From Octopus vulgaris (lineage: Eukaryota), in assembly GCA_951406725.2 (NCBI GenBank), contig OX597814.1, positions 182,776,001 to 182,840,000 of the forward strand: a DNA stretch of 64,000 nt, written 5' to 3'. Below the pieces are notes generated by a model. It did not search any database. It worked only from the letters and a program-made list of their open reading frames with translations, and was not told where the DNA came from. Within the stretch, counting starts at the first letter, position 1. Each line of letters begins with the position of its first letter. The position numbers and the translations under genes were made by a program. Shown here piece after piece: positions 52,649 through 64,000 of this stretch.

Positions 52649-53559
52649 CACGCACTCACGCTCCGTTTAAACAAGTACAGGTGCACGTATTGTTCGATCG
52701 TCTTGGATACCAGTTTGGTTATAATCTAACTGAAGTTCTTTGAAACGCAACTCATGCTGAACTGTATTATTCAGCTTCGTCACTATTGGTTTCGTGTTAT
52801 TTATAAACTTGAAAAAAAGAAAAAAAAAAGAACTGAAATTCGCAACAGGTATACGACATCAAATATATAAATAAATCCTAATTTCTCTCTTTTCTTTGAA
52901 AGTTTCAAAATTCATCTTTTTTTTTCTGAAATCAGCGTGAATTCTATAAGTGTTGAACTCTAGACACTTCTAGTTTGGAGTAAATAGATGCTTGGCTACT
53001 TTCTTCTGAGTTAAGCTGACCAGGTTAAGTAGAATGATATAACTAACCTCAGGCGCAGCAACATCAATAAGAATTCAAAATCTTAGTGACTCTATTATTC
53101 TGAACGGTTAGAAAACGTTAATCTTCTAATGTTTCTCATTTTATTTTCAGTGACAAAGACATTTATTTAAGCGTTCGTTAATAGCGTAAACACGATCAAT
53201 GATTATCTTTATGAGCGATTTGTTCAGCAATTATCACCTATAGTTTTCAAATGGATACAATAAAGAAGAAACAGAAATGCTGCAATTTTTATCTGCTTAT
53301 TCAGGCCAAAAAGGCCTAAAATGCTTACGCATACTACCTCTTATCCTTGAATTAACCACTATAAAAATATGTACAATACTGCACGTGGTTGAGTGGCGGG
53401 TGTACAAGAACGACTGTGTGATTAAGAAACTCTCTGTGATGTTTTGGAAAGGTTTGAACCTCAAAGAATGAATGACATTCCTAGAATGCATGGTAAGTCG
53501 GGGGTCTGCGACGGCATCAGCAGCGTAGGGTAGTGGCTATTTTTTGTTTGTCCTAACTG

Positions 53560-54604
53560 GAACAAAAAAGTCAGAATTCTTCAGTCGCTTTAATGATCTC
53601 AACACCTTCATGCAGGGAACGATGGCTTCATGTTTTACAACGGCAGACAAGATCGACGGACAGAAACGAAAGCTAGAAGCATGGAAGAGTCGAGTGTCAA
53701 GACATTGTTATGGCATGTTTCGTCAATTAGCGACAATCATCGCTGATGCAGGGGAAGACCTTAATATTACATCTCTACGAAATGTCATCAGAGAACATTT
53801 GACGGATCTTGCAAACCGGTTTCAGTTTTACTTTCCAGCAGCAGATGATCCACGGAAAGGGAATGGATGGATCTGAAATCCATTTCTTCCACTGCAATGG
53901 CATGTTTCGTCAATTAGCGACAATCATCGCTGATGCAGGGGAAGACCTTAATATTACATCTCTACGAAATGTCATCAGAGAACATTTGACGGATCTTGCA
54001 AACCGGTTTCAGTTTTACTTTCCAGCAGCAGATGATCCACGGAAAGGGAATGGATGGATCTGAAATCCATTTCTTCCACTGCAATGGCATGTTTCGTCAA
54101 TTAGCGACAATCATCGCTGATGCAGGGGAAGACCTTAATATTACATCTCTACGAAATGTCATCAGAGAACATTTGACGGATCTTGCAAACCGGTTTCAGT
54201 TTTACTTTCCAGCAGCAGATGATCCACGGAAAGGGAATGGATGGATCTGAAATCCATTTCTTCCACTGCAAGATGACTTAAGTGTCATTATGGAGGATAA
54301 ATTGTTGGAGTTGGCTGGTGACGAAAGATTGAAGAGGAGTTTCGAAACTGCAACATCACTTGGTCCCTTTTGGATTAAAGTGAAAGCAGAATATCCTGAG
54401 CTTAGCGAAATTGCTCTGAAAACTCTTCTCCCATTTCTTTCAACATACATCTACGAGACTGGCTTCTCAACCATGAGTGCCATTAATACAAAGTACAGAA
54501 ATAATATGGATATTCATTCTCCATTGCGCGTGGCACTGTCCTCAATTGAACCACGACTAGATAAACTGACAAAGAAGAAGCAGGCTCACCATTCGCATAA
54601 GTAA
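53560..54604 (+). pseudogene. hAT (Buster/Charlie, ZBED5/SCAND3-like) transposase C-terminal relic with an internal 187-bp triplication
   Basis: LNTFMQG, FWIKVKAEYPELSEIALKTLLPFLSTYIYETGFS, LRVALSSIEP (hAT dimerisation domain). Confidence 0.9.
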
Positions 54605-55911
54605 ACATTAAGATGATAAAATGCTTATGTAATATTGTATTATTTGTTTACAAAATAAATTGAATACAATCATTAGAGTTGGGTTGATAGTGTTCTGAAA
54701 AGCAGTAGCGATAGAATACAGTAGATTGGAGGGTGGGGTGGGGAGATAGTTAAGGATTGGAGGGCATCGCGACAGATGTTACAATGACAAAAAATTCACC
54801 CGATCAATTATTCAAAGCGAAATACTTCGGATGTCAGAGCCAAGGCGTGCGCTCTTATCACCATGGAACAAAACGTGTTCGATGGGTCCAGATGGTAGAT
54901 GTGGGAGATGACAAGAAATCCACGTTTAGGTCTTTAAGGGATCACGAAGAAGCGTGCTGTTCGATTCCAGACTGATGAGTGTAGTTTTCTAGCAGTATAT
55001 TACCTGGGGATGGGTGGGGGGTAAGAATCTAAAGAATGGGAGACAAATTGCATTGAGTCATTGAGTTATTTCCCCCTTTATGAAATGTATTTGAAGATCG
55101 ACGATGTTGACTTTTATTTTATCTTTTCGATGTCAGTAAAATAAACATCAGTCTAATGCTGTATTTCATTGTACCTGTGTTATAAGTCAGTATTATTATT
55201 ATGCGACGAAAGGCCGCGAGCTGGCGGAACCTTTAGCACGCCGGGCAAAATTCTTAGCGGCATTTCGTCCGTCCTTACGTTCTGAGTTCAAATTTTGCCG
55301 AGGTCGACTTTGCCTTTCATCCTTTCGGGGTCGATAAATTAAGTATCAGTGAATCACTGGGGTCGACTAGGCTACTCTCCAAAAATGTCGGGCCTTGTGC
55401 CTAGAGTAGAAAGGATATGCGAAGAGAAAGGCTGGGATAAGGATATCAGTAGAGTTCCAGACGCAATGCCTTGCGGTAGTCGTTACGGCTTTCTGACTCC
55501 GAGTTCAAATGTTATAAAGGATGGACTTTGCCTTTCATCTTCAAGGATCTATAAAACAAATACCAGTAAATAAGCTCGACTTATTCGATTATTCTGCCTA
55601 CCAAAATGCGTGTTCCTGGAAATATATTGGAAGTGTTAGAATTATTTTTATCATCTTCATGGTTTTTTTAAATGCGGCATATTGGCCGAGTCATTAGCAT
55701 ACTACACTTAATGCTTAGCAGCATTTCGTCCGTTTTCACATTCTGAGTTCGATTTCCGCAGAGGTTGATTTTTTTTCTTCTACCTTTCACCCATTCAAGG
55801 TTAATAAAATCAGTGCCAGTTAAGCACTAGGGGTCGATGTAATCGACTAGCCCCTCCCCACCAATAAAATTTCAGGCCTTGTAGCTATAGTAAAATAAAA
55901 TAAAATAAATG

Positions 55912-56158
55912 GGGTCCTTTTAAAGCCTAGCCAGGCTCAGGGGCCCGGTTTCTCGGTTTCAATGGCGTATGTGTTCCCCAGCTGGACGGGACGCCGGTCC
56001 ATCGCAGCGTTACTCATTTTTGCCAGCTGAGTGGACTGGAGCAACGTGAAATGAAATGTTTTGCTCAAGAACACAACACGTCACCCGGTCCCGGAATCGA
56101 AACCACAATCTTATGATCATGATGCTGACACCCTAACCACTAAGCCACGCGCCTCCAC
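55912..56158 (-). mobile_element. V-like SINE, fourth tail type (AAAGCCTAGCCAGGCTCA), nested in an old Meta-like SINE tail
   Basis: Matches 61122-61369; TSD TGTA.CTATAG. Confidence 0.85.
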
Positions 56159-56989
56159 TGTACCTATAGCAGAAAAGATTATTATCCTATTTTCATTATT
56201 TTTTTTTAAGGTGGCATGGTGGCAGAATCGTTAGCATGCCAGATAAAATGCTAAATGGCGTTTCTTCTAGCTTTACGTTGAGTTCAAATTCTACCGAGGT
56301 CGACTTTGCTTTTCGAAAGTGCCACTCACATACTGGTACTTTCCCACAAAATTGATGACCCTATGCCAAAATTAGAATTTTTATCATGTTTTTAACTGTT
56401 TCTATTGCACCAGTAAACTCTCTGTGTTTCAGAGGTTTGTACATCACCTTTTTTTTATTTCTATGCTTCAACTATTTTTATTATATTGCACAATTTGCTT
56501 GTGTTGTGTTAAGTATTCTTTTAGCGTTTCTCTTTGACTGTTGTGTAGAAGAATATGTGTAATATAAACTGTATTATTTCGATAGGTGATGTGATTATTT
56601 GAGTAGTTGTGTAGAGCATGGGATGTTTGAGTTATGTTATATTATTGATTGCAAATATGTGGAATATAATTTGTGGGGGCGAAGTTGTTGATGTGTAGGA
56701 TGTGTTGTTATATCAGATATCGATTATATAAGTATTATTTTATAGGTTAGTGTTTGTGTGGAGTATGTGCTGTGTTTATTTGGTGGCGATTGTACACAGC
56801 CATGATTGCCAAATTTTCTCAGAGCGCAACGCGTATATTGATAGCTAGCTTCAAAATGTCCTAGGAAGTCATTTCAACACAGAAAATATATTAAATTATT
56901 TAAATATGCAATACGAGTAAAAAATGGAAGCACGCATTAAATGATTGCTACAAAGCTAATGTGACACCTGACTTTGATGTGATTTACAA

Positions 56990-57560
56990 ATTTTATTCGG
57001 TTGTTAAGGAATATTTGACAAAGCGCCGAATAGAAACAGTTTCAGTCGATAGAAATGTTATTTCTTTGTTTTGATGTTCGTTAATGACGAGAACGCCCGT
57101 TCGCATAAATATGAGGTAGAAAACAGCTCTAATGCTTTTAAAACATTTCCTGTAATCTCTGGCGGGATCCTTTTGTATCGATACCCAGTAGCTGTCAATT
57201 GATTGTTGGGCAAATTTTTGATTTTAATGTAATGTCACAGAATACGTCAGTCAGTTGGTCTCGTGCATCAGTGAGTTTAGTACTATCGTGAGAATTCACA
57301 AACAATGGCACAATACATTGAAGGATTGTAACTGATTGAGTCCTTGTAGCTGAGTTAGATGCTTCCACATTTGTGTCAGTAATACTTCTACATATCAAAA
57401 GAATGGAAACATGCTAAAACCCCACTTCTGAATGGTATTTTTGTTTCAAGACTTCAATTTTCTGGAGAAGTGATCTTAGTCCTGGTTCATAGAAATAATT
57501 AAATATCTTTGCATTGCCTCCAATGATTCGTAAAGGAGTCTATCTCTACGTCGTCAAGAA
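56990..57560 (-). pseudogene. Second, more decayed hAT transposase relic
   Basis: Minus strand YWVSIQ...PEITGNVLKALELFSTSYLCERAFSSLTNIKTK at 57060-57190; PLFVN...DQL.D..CD.TLKSK in ORF 57195..57398. Confidence 0.75.
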
Positions 57561-57569
57561 ACAAGAAAT

Positions 57570-57991
57570 AAGGCGGCGAGCAGGCAGAAACGTTAGCACG
57601 CCGGGCGAAATGCGTAGCCGTATTTCGTCTGCCGTAACGTTCTGAGTTCAAATTCTGCCGAGATCGACTTTGCCTTTCATCCTTTCGGGGTCGATAAATT
57701 AAGTACCAGTTACGCACTGGGGTCGATATAATCGACTTAATCCGTTTGTCTGCCCTTGTTTGTCCCCTCTCTGTTTAGCCCCTTGTGGGTAGTAAAGAAA
57801 TAAGTATTTCGTCTGCCGCTACGTTCTGAGTTCAAATTCCGCCGAGATCGACCTTGCCTTTCATCCTTTCGGGGTCGATAAATTAAGTACCAGTTACGCA
57901 CTGCACTGGGATCGATGTAATCGACTTAATCCCTTTGTATGTCCCAGTTTGTTCCATCTATGTTTAGCCCCTTGTGGGCAATGAAGAAATA
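57570..57991 (+). mobile_element. Meta-domain-like SINE, head plus 2 units
   Basis: TSD AAGAAACAAGAAA. Confidence 0.9.
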
Positions 57992-58413
57992 AGAAACAAG
58001 AAACTACACGCGGTACAATACATTTATTTTAGTATAAGTAGAAAATCACAACTTTCCTTGGGTATTCAGGACTTGACAACTCGGCATAAATCTCGGAAAA
58101 TCAATGTTCTGAACCGTTCCCGTTTTTGTGCATGTGCTAAGCATGTATACTTGTAGTTCTACGTTAGCCTTGATCGAGAAAAACATTCAGTCAAAATTGG
58201 TTTTTCACCGTTTAAAAGCTTTTGCTAATATTGCTACTCAGCCAAGGCTTTTATAGAGTTACATGTATTACATATATTTCCTTTGTATTTCGACACTGAA
58301 CCTTTGCACATGAGCAAAGAAATAAATTACACTGCTAAGTGTTTGTTTAGAATGATTCTTCTACTGTTCGAAGCTCGGGTCCAACGCTTTAAAAAGTCTG
58401 CTAATTGATCACC

Positions 58414-58461
<48 letters not shown>

Positions 58462-58678
58462 ACACATGGGCTATGCAGGTGAAAAATTTATATTATATGT
58501 TGTTCGTGTTTAAGATTTATACCTTTGTGATTTGTAGTCCGCCTACAAGCATTTTGCTTGTATATATTCAAGTAGAACTATACTGTACTTCAAAATATAC
58601 TCACCATGATAAATCGGTAGCCACTACACACATTTTGTTTTTCTCTCCTTGTTTCTCTCCTTGTTTCTTTCTGTGTTC

Positions 58679-58714
58679 CTTTCTGTAGAAGAGCGTAGGC
58701 TCGAAACGTAAAAG
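58679..58714 (+). ncRNA. Variant or degenerate minimal hammerhead-like motif (Penelope-type terminal repeat)
   Basis: CTTT-CTGTAGA-A-GAGCGTAGGCTC-GAAA-CG-TA-AAAG; core has A6U and an extra A. Confidence 0.45.
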
Positions 58715-59231
58715 ACTTTTTCAATTCCTGAGCGTTATACTAAAACACCTGTTTGTTTTCTACACCAACTGTCTTTTGTTTTTTTTTTGTGAATTCTCCC
58801 TATACTTTTAAAGATCTTTTGATCCCCATTATATGTAGTTTTATTGTCTTAAGGTGTCGAATCACGTTGATGTCCGGTAGGTAGCTGACGAAGGAAGCTC
58901 CTCGTTGTGTTAAATATATTTGCATCCTCTCGTTATTGTCTCTGATCATTGTTACTGTCCTGTTGGACTGGATTAGTTTAGCTTAGGATATTACGGGTGG
59001 GTATGTTATAGGGGTTAGACAATTTTTATTATAGGCATATAATGGTTTGTAAATAATTATAGTTTAACGTGGTCGGAATATCGCTAAAAGGCAGCTAGCT
59101 GTAAAGCATACATATATACATGTGTTCATACATATATACAAACGTTCGTATATACCTACATGCGTACATTCAGACACACACAAATATACATGGATGCATG
59201 TTTAGGGAAGCTGGTTTAGTCGATAGATATT

Positions 59232-59660
59232 TTTATCTTTTGTTTCAGTCATTTGACTGTGGCCATGCTGGAGTACCGCCTTGAAGGGTTTTAGTCGAAC
59301 AAATCGACACCAGAACTTATATTTCTTAAAGTCTGGTACTTATTTTATTGTTGTCTTTTGCCGAATCGCTAAGTAACGGGAACGTAAACACACCAACACC
59401 GGTTGTCAAGCGGTGGTGGGGGAAAGCACAGACACAAAGATACATACACATGAATATATACATATATGTATCTGTGTGTATATATATATATATATATATA
59501 TGTATACGATGAGCTTTCAGTGTCTGTCTACCAAATGCATTCACAAGGCTTTGGTCGGCTTGAGGCTATAGGGGAAAATATGTCCAAGGTACCACACAGT
59601 GGGACTGAACTCAGAACCACGTTGTAAGAAAGCAAACATTTTACCACATAGCCACGCTTG
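59232..59660 (-). mobile_element. CORE-like SINE
   Basis: Same architecture as 7585-7981. Confidence 0.85.
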
Positions 59661-59874
59661 CTGAGAAATTAAAAATAAACCTACTATAGAAGAACATAGG
59701 GTTTGCATCGGCCTCTGGGCAGGTATCGCCATGACAAACACCTTCCTTCCAAGCACTGCTGTAATCAGCAGAAGTGGGCTAGAATGTAAAAACACAGCAG
59801 AGTTTTAGAGATTATTTTGACCAGATACACTGTGGCAAGATTGTATATGTATTCACACATCTACATTGAAATAC

Positions 59875-60330
59875 GTATGTATGTATGTATGTATGTATGT
59901 ATGTATGTATGTATGTATGTATGTATGTATGCATGCATGCATGCATGCATGCATGTATGTACATGCGTATGTAGGTATATTTGTATGTTTATATGTACGT
60001 ATGTATGTATCGTTGCATGTTTATACGTATGTGTGTATGTATATTTCTATGTAGATCGAGTTCTTTCAGAGGCAACTGTCTCCAATTGGTGCAGCTGGTT
60101 CCTCAAACAAGGAGACCAATCGAACTCATGGATGTTACCCAACCATCTTGCTTCTGGTCTACCTCTGATTCTCTTGCCAGCTGGTTGTTCGCGTAAAACA
60201 TGTTCAGCGATTCTTTCTTGAGACATTCTCACCACATGTCCGAAGTATCGGAGTTGTGATTTCTCAATTCGGAGAAGTAGTGGCTCTAACTGGAGCACCT
60301 CTCCGATCTCCGAGCTACACACTCTACCGA
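59875..60330 (-). mobile_element. RTE-clade LINE 3' fragment next to a (CATA)n tract
   Basis: LRIEKSQLRYFGHVVRM...GKRIRGRP..RW (ORF 60047..60322). Confidence 0.85.
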
Positions 60331-60425
60331 GAACGCTACTTCAGAGTTTGGAGAAATAAAAGTTAAAATATTAAACTCTAAAATTACACCTGCTGAAATT
60401 ATTACTTAAAACCTAAAAATCTAAA

Positions 60426-60799
60426 TCTATCTCTCTATATATAAACGGCAGTTTGTCTGTGTGTGTTTCTGTGTGTCTGTTAGGTTGTACCCTCACCCTG
60501 ACCACGGCTTTCAACCGATTCTGAGGAAACTTGACACACACATAGCCCAATGTCATAATTCAAAACTAACGCAGCGAAAATTTTGAAAAGTTCCCCCAGT
60601 TCTGAAAAAATCGATAAATTCGACATGGGGTCGAGAATCAGAAACACAAACCACGGACTGTCTAGGGGACGCAACTCGACCTTTTTAACTAAAAAAAAAA
60701 TTTACCATCATTTTTTTCCCATTTTTTGGCTATAACTCTCTAAAATGCTTTATAGTTATTTCCCTTACAAACCCGAGCAACGCCGGGCGATACTGCTAG
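60426..60799 (+). mobile_element. Non-autonomous Helitron, family B, copy 2
   Basis: A|TC start, hairpin plus CTAG|T; matches 14510-14890. Confidence 0.82.
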
Positions 60800-61104
60800 T
60801 CTATTATAAAAGCTATTTACTGAATAGAATATTTGCCAGCTATCTCAAATCAGTTTTTGTAGCTTCGACGTAAACAACCTAATTTCTGTAAAAGACACCT
60901 CATTAGAACAAATTGACAGCTGCTGAAAGTCTATTTGGGAAAGAAATGATAAATTCTATAATCAAGTTGTATGAATAGAAAAACTAGAAAAAGATAAGCA
61001 AGCATATTCAAGAAAACAATAAGAAAATTTAGAGAACAGTTATGTGAACAGTCTTAAAGAAAATGAGAAACAGGAATCCCCAGGCCCAGATCTTTATAAC
61101 AGGA

Positions 61105-61899
61105 TAAAATAAATAAATAAATGCGCCCTTTTAAAGCCTAGCCAGGCTCATGGGCCCGGTTTCCCGGTATCAATGGCGTTTGTGTTCCCCAGCTGGATGG
61201 GACGCCAGTCCATCGCAGCGTTACTCCTTTTTGCCAGCTGAGTGGACTGGAGCAACGTAAAATGAAGTGTTTTGCTCAAGAACACAACGCGTCGTCCGGT
61301 CCAGGAATCGAAACCACAATCTTACGATCACGGTGCTGACACCCTAACCACTAAGCCACGCACCTCCACTTTATAACAGGATTGTGTGACCCCCCTTCGG
61401 TCATGAATGACCATGGAATTGCACATAGAAAGTTACCCTCCGAGGTACAAGTCTGGGCAAGGTTGTTTATGGAAGACCAGCAGTCGCCCACGCATACCAT
61501 CCTTCCCTCTCCACACCACCAGTGTTATCCAAGAGAAAGGCAAAGGCCGATAAAGCTTGGCACCAGTGACGTCGTAGCTCATTTATTAACATACAAGTGG
61601 CTGAGCACTCCACAGACACGTGTACCCTTAACGTGGTTCTCGGGGAGATTCAGCGTGACACAGAGTGTGACAAGGCTGGCCCCTTTGAAATACAGGTACA
61701 AGAGAAACAGGAAGGAAGAGTGAGAGAAAGTTGTGGTGAAAGAGTACAGCAGGGTTCACCACCACCCCCTGCCATAGTCTCGTGGAGCTTTTCGGTGTTT
61801 TCGCTCAATAAACACTCACAACGCCCGGTCTGGGAATCGAAACAGCGATCCTACGACCGCGAGTCCGCTGCTCTAACCACTGGGCCATTGCGCCTCCAC
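61105..61899 (-). mobile_element. Adjacent SINEs: 61122-61369 and a chimeric copy at 61388-61899
   Basis: TSD CTTTATAACAGGAT around the first; the second joins the 47273-type head, an 18031-type middle and a 48935-type tail. Confidence 0.8.
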
Positions 61900-62099
61900 T
61901 ATAGCAGGATAGTGGTTCAATAATTTCACCTTTTATCGGCGAGATTTGATAACGTTGTATAAAAAGAGTATCAGGAGTAAGTTTGATGCGCCTAACTGAC
62001 TGTCAGTTATCATTTACCCGTCTCCTGAAAAGAAGCCAAATCACCAAAGCAAAAAATTACCGCTTAATTGCCTGCCAGACCATCAGGTGCGAGATCTAC

Positions 62100-62795
62100 A
62101 ATGTATGTATGTATGTATGTATGTATGTATGTATGTATGTATGTATGTATGTATGTATGTATGTATGTATGTATGTATGTATGTATGTATGTATGTTTTT
62201 ATGTATGTATGTATGTATGTATGTATGTTTTTATGTATGTATGTATGTTTGTATGTATGTATGCATGCATTTACTTATGTATGTATGTATGCATTACTTA
62301 TGTATTTATGTATGTATGCATGCATTTACTTATGTATGTATGCATGCATTACTTATGTATTTATGTATGTATGCATGCATTTACATATGTATGTATGCAT
62401 GCATTTACTTATGTATGCATGTATTTATGTATGCATGTATGTTTGTATGCATGTATGCATGCATTTACTTATGTATGTATGTATGTATTTATGTATGTAT
62501 GTATGTTTGTATGCATGTATGCATGCATTTACTTATGTATGTATGCATGCATTACTTATGTATTTATGTATGTATGCATGCATTTACATATGTATGTATG
62601 CATGCATTTACTTATGTATGCATGTATTTATGTATGAATGTATGTTTGTATGCATGTATGCATGCATTTACTTATGTATGTATGTATGTATGTATGGATC
62701 GATGTATGTATGTATGTATGCATGTATTTATGTATGTATGTATGTTTGTATGTATGTGTGCATGCATTTACTTATGTATGTATGTATGTATGTAT
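62100..62795. repeat. (ATGT)n microsatellite with higher-order GCATTTACTT variants
   Basis: Directly visible; source of the MYVC ORFs. Confidence 0.95.
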
Positions 62796-62988
62796 GAGTT
62801 GGTAGATAGCAGAAGACCAGCGCATAAACCTTTAAACTAAAGTTTAAGGATTGCCTTAAAAATGCTCCAATACAAACAGGAATTGCAGCTGGTGATCGGG
62901 AGAGGGAGGTACAAGACCGTGATGGATGGAGGAAGATAGTGCATGATGGTTGTTCAAGGTTTGGGAGGGAGAGAATGAACTATGAGAG

Positions 62989-63907
62989 AATTAGGAGGGG
63001 TCTTAGAAGGAGGGAACCTGTGGAAAGTGAGAGAGTTGCTTTTTGTGTGAGTGGGCATACATGTATACAGATATTCGTATATACCTACTTGCGTAAATTC
63101 ATACACACACAAACATACATGGATGCATACATACATGTTTGGGTGCCTGTTTAGGGAAGCCGGTTTAGTCGATAGATATTTTTTTAATATTTTATTTCAG
63201 TCATTTGACTGTGGCCATGCTGGGGTACCGCCTTTCTCGGACTACAAGCGACTACCATTATACGTAGCCTGTGTTGTGTGGACGTCCCCAGACGTTAAAG
63301 TAGGCTAGCCCAATACGTAGATATAGAGGGAGAAGTCTGGACGTCAGAGTAGAGATGAGCGCAGTAGAGCACAGCTGAGTTGAGAGTAGAGTTGAGTAGT
63401 AGAGGCATCCGAACGTGCGACATAACACATGGTAACGAAAGAGGCTGTTAATTATGGTTGGAGTGTCAACGGTCGTCCCAACAGTCGGAAGTGAGAGACC
63501 CATAGATTTTGTTTAGACATCTCTCTGGGAGAAGGAAATTTCGAAATAACACCCACCTCATTACGAAGGAGATTTTGTTTCTGGGTTATTTGACTTTGTA
63601 CGGGAGAGTCTTGGTGGCATTTTGTAAGGGATCTTTTCTGATTACCTTCATTTTTTGAAATTTTAAAATTAAGTTTTTGTGCAAATTTGTTGGTACATAA
63701 CTTAATGCACCTACGATGCACATTTTGCTCATGTTCTGTTGTTAATTTTACTGGCCACATTACTGCTTATCACGGATCGATTCCTGTGAGAATTTTGATG
63801 GCTCACCAGGCCTGCACAACTCAAACACCTCCTTCCACAAACCACACACACAAAAAGCAACACTCTCTCACTTTCCACAGGTTCCCTCCTTCTAACCCTC
63901 CTCCTAA
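62989..63907. repeat. ~60-bp imperfect inverted repeat pair about 800 bp apart
   Basis: TTAGAAGGAGGGAACCTGTGGAAAGTGAGAGAG..TTGCTTTTTGTGTG (62989-63049) and its reverse complement at 63848-63907. Confidence 0.8.
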
Positions 63908-64000
63908 TGAGAATCCATAGCCTGGGTACAAGATCTGTAAGTTCCACATAAATTCACCATAGGACTTTTGATTGTACATTCACATATGCTGGGTTGCTGA

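Noticed and set aside
53544-54604. Domesticated ZBED5/SCAND3-type host gene
   Set aside because: Only the C-terminal part is present, with an in-frame stop and a frame-breaking triplication
61983-62840. Overlapping MYVC-repeat ORFs
   Set aside because: (ATGT)n microsatellite

Overview
AT-rich eukaryotic repeat-dominated DNA. The SINE families and dense microsatellites suggest a cephalopod (Octopus-like) genome, which is my inference. I can support no intact host gene, rRNA, tRNA or CRISPR array, and the long ORFs are either transposon relics or microsatellite artefacts. Decayed coding elements include an RTE LINE fused to a Gypsy gag-pol, R4/Dong-like 3' ends stacked in (TAA)n tracts, hAT and Tc1/maT transposase relics, several MITEs and non-autonomous Helitrons. 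There are more than 40 copies or fragments of three tRNA-derived SINE groups. The most interesting observations are four. (1) A Meta-domain-like SINE occurs as one head plus 1-5 tandem 184-bp units inside single TSDs, with a fixed junction at the loop of the head hairpin and position-specific unit variants. (2) An intact minimal type I hammerhead ribozyme sits in a ~293-nt partial tandem (retrozyme/Penelope-like) whose 5' end is near the cleavage site. (3) A 295-bp TG...CA element has 26-bp perfect TIRs, a 5-bp TSD and an internal Gypsy-type PBS. (4) A perfect 118-bp-arm palindrome lies at 35924-36177. Boundaries were read by eye and may be off by a few bases.
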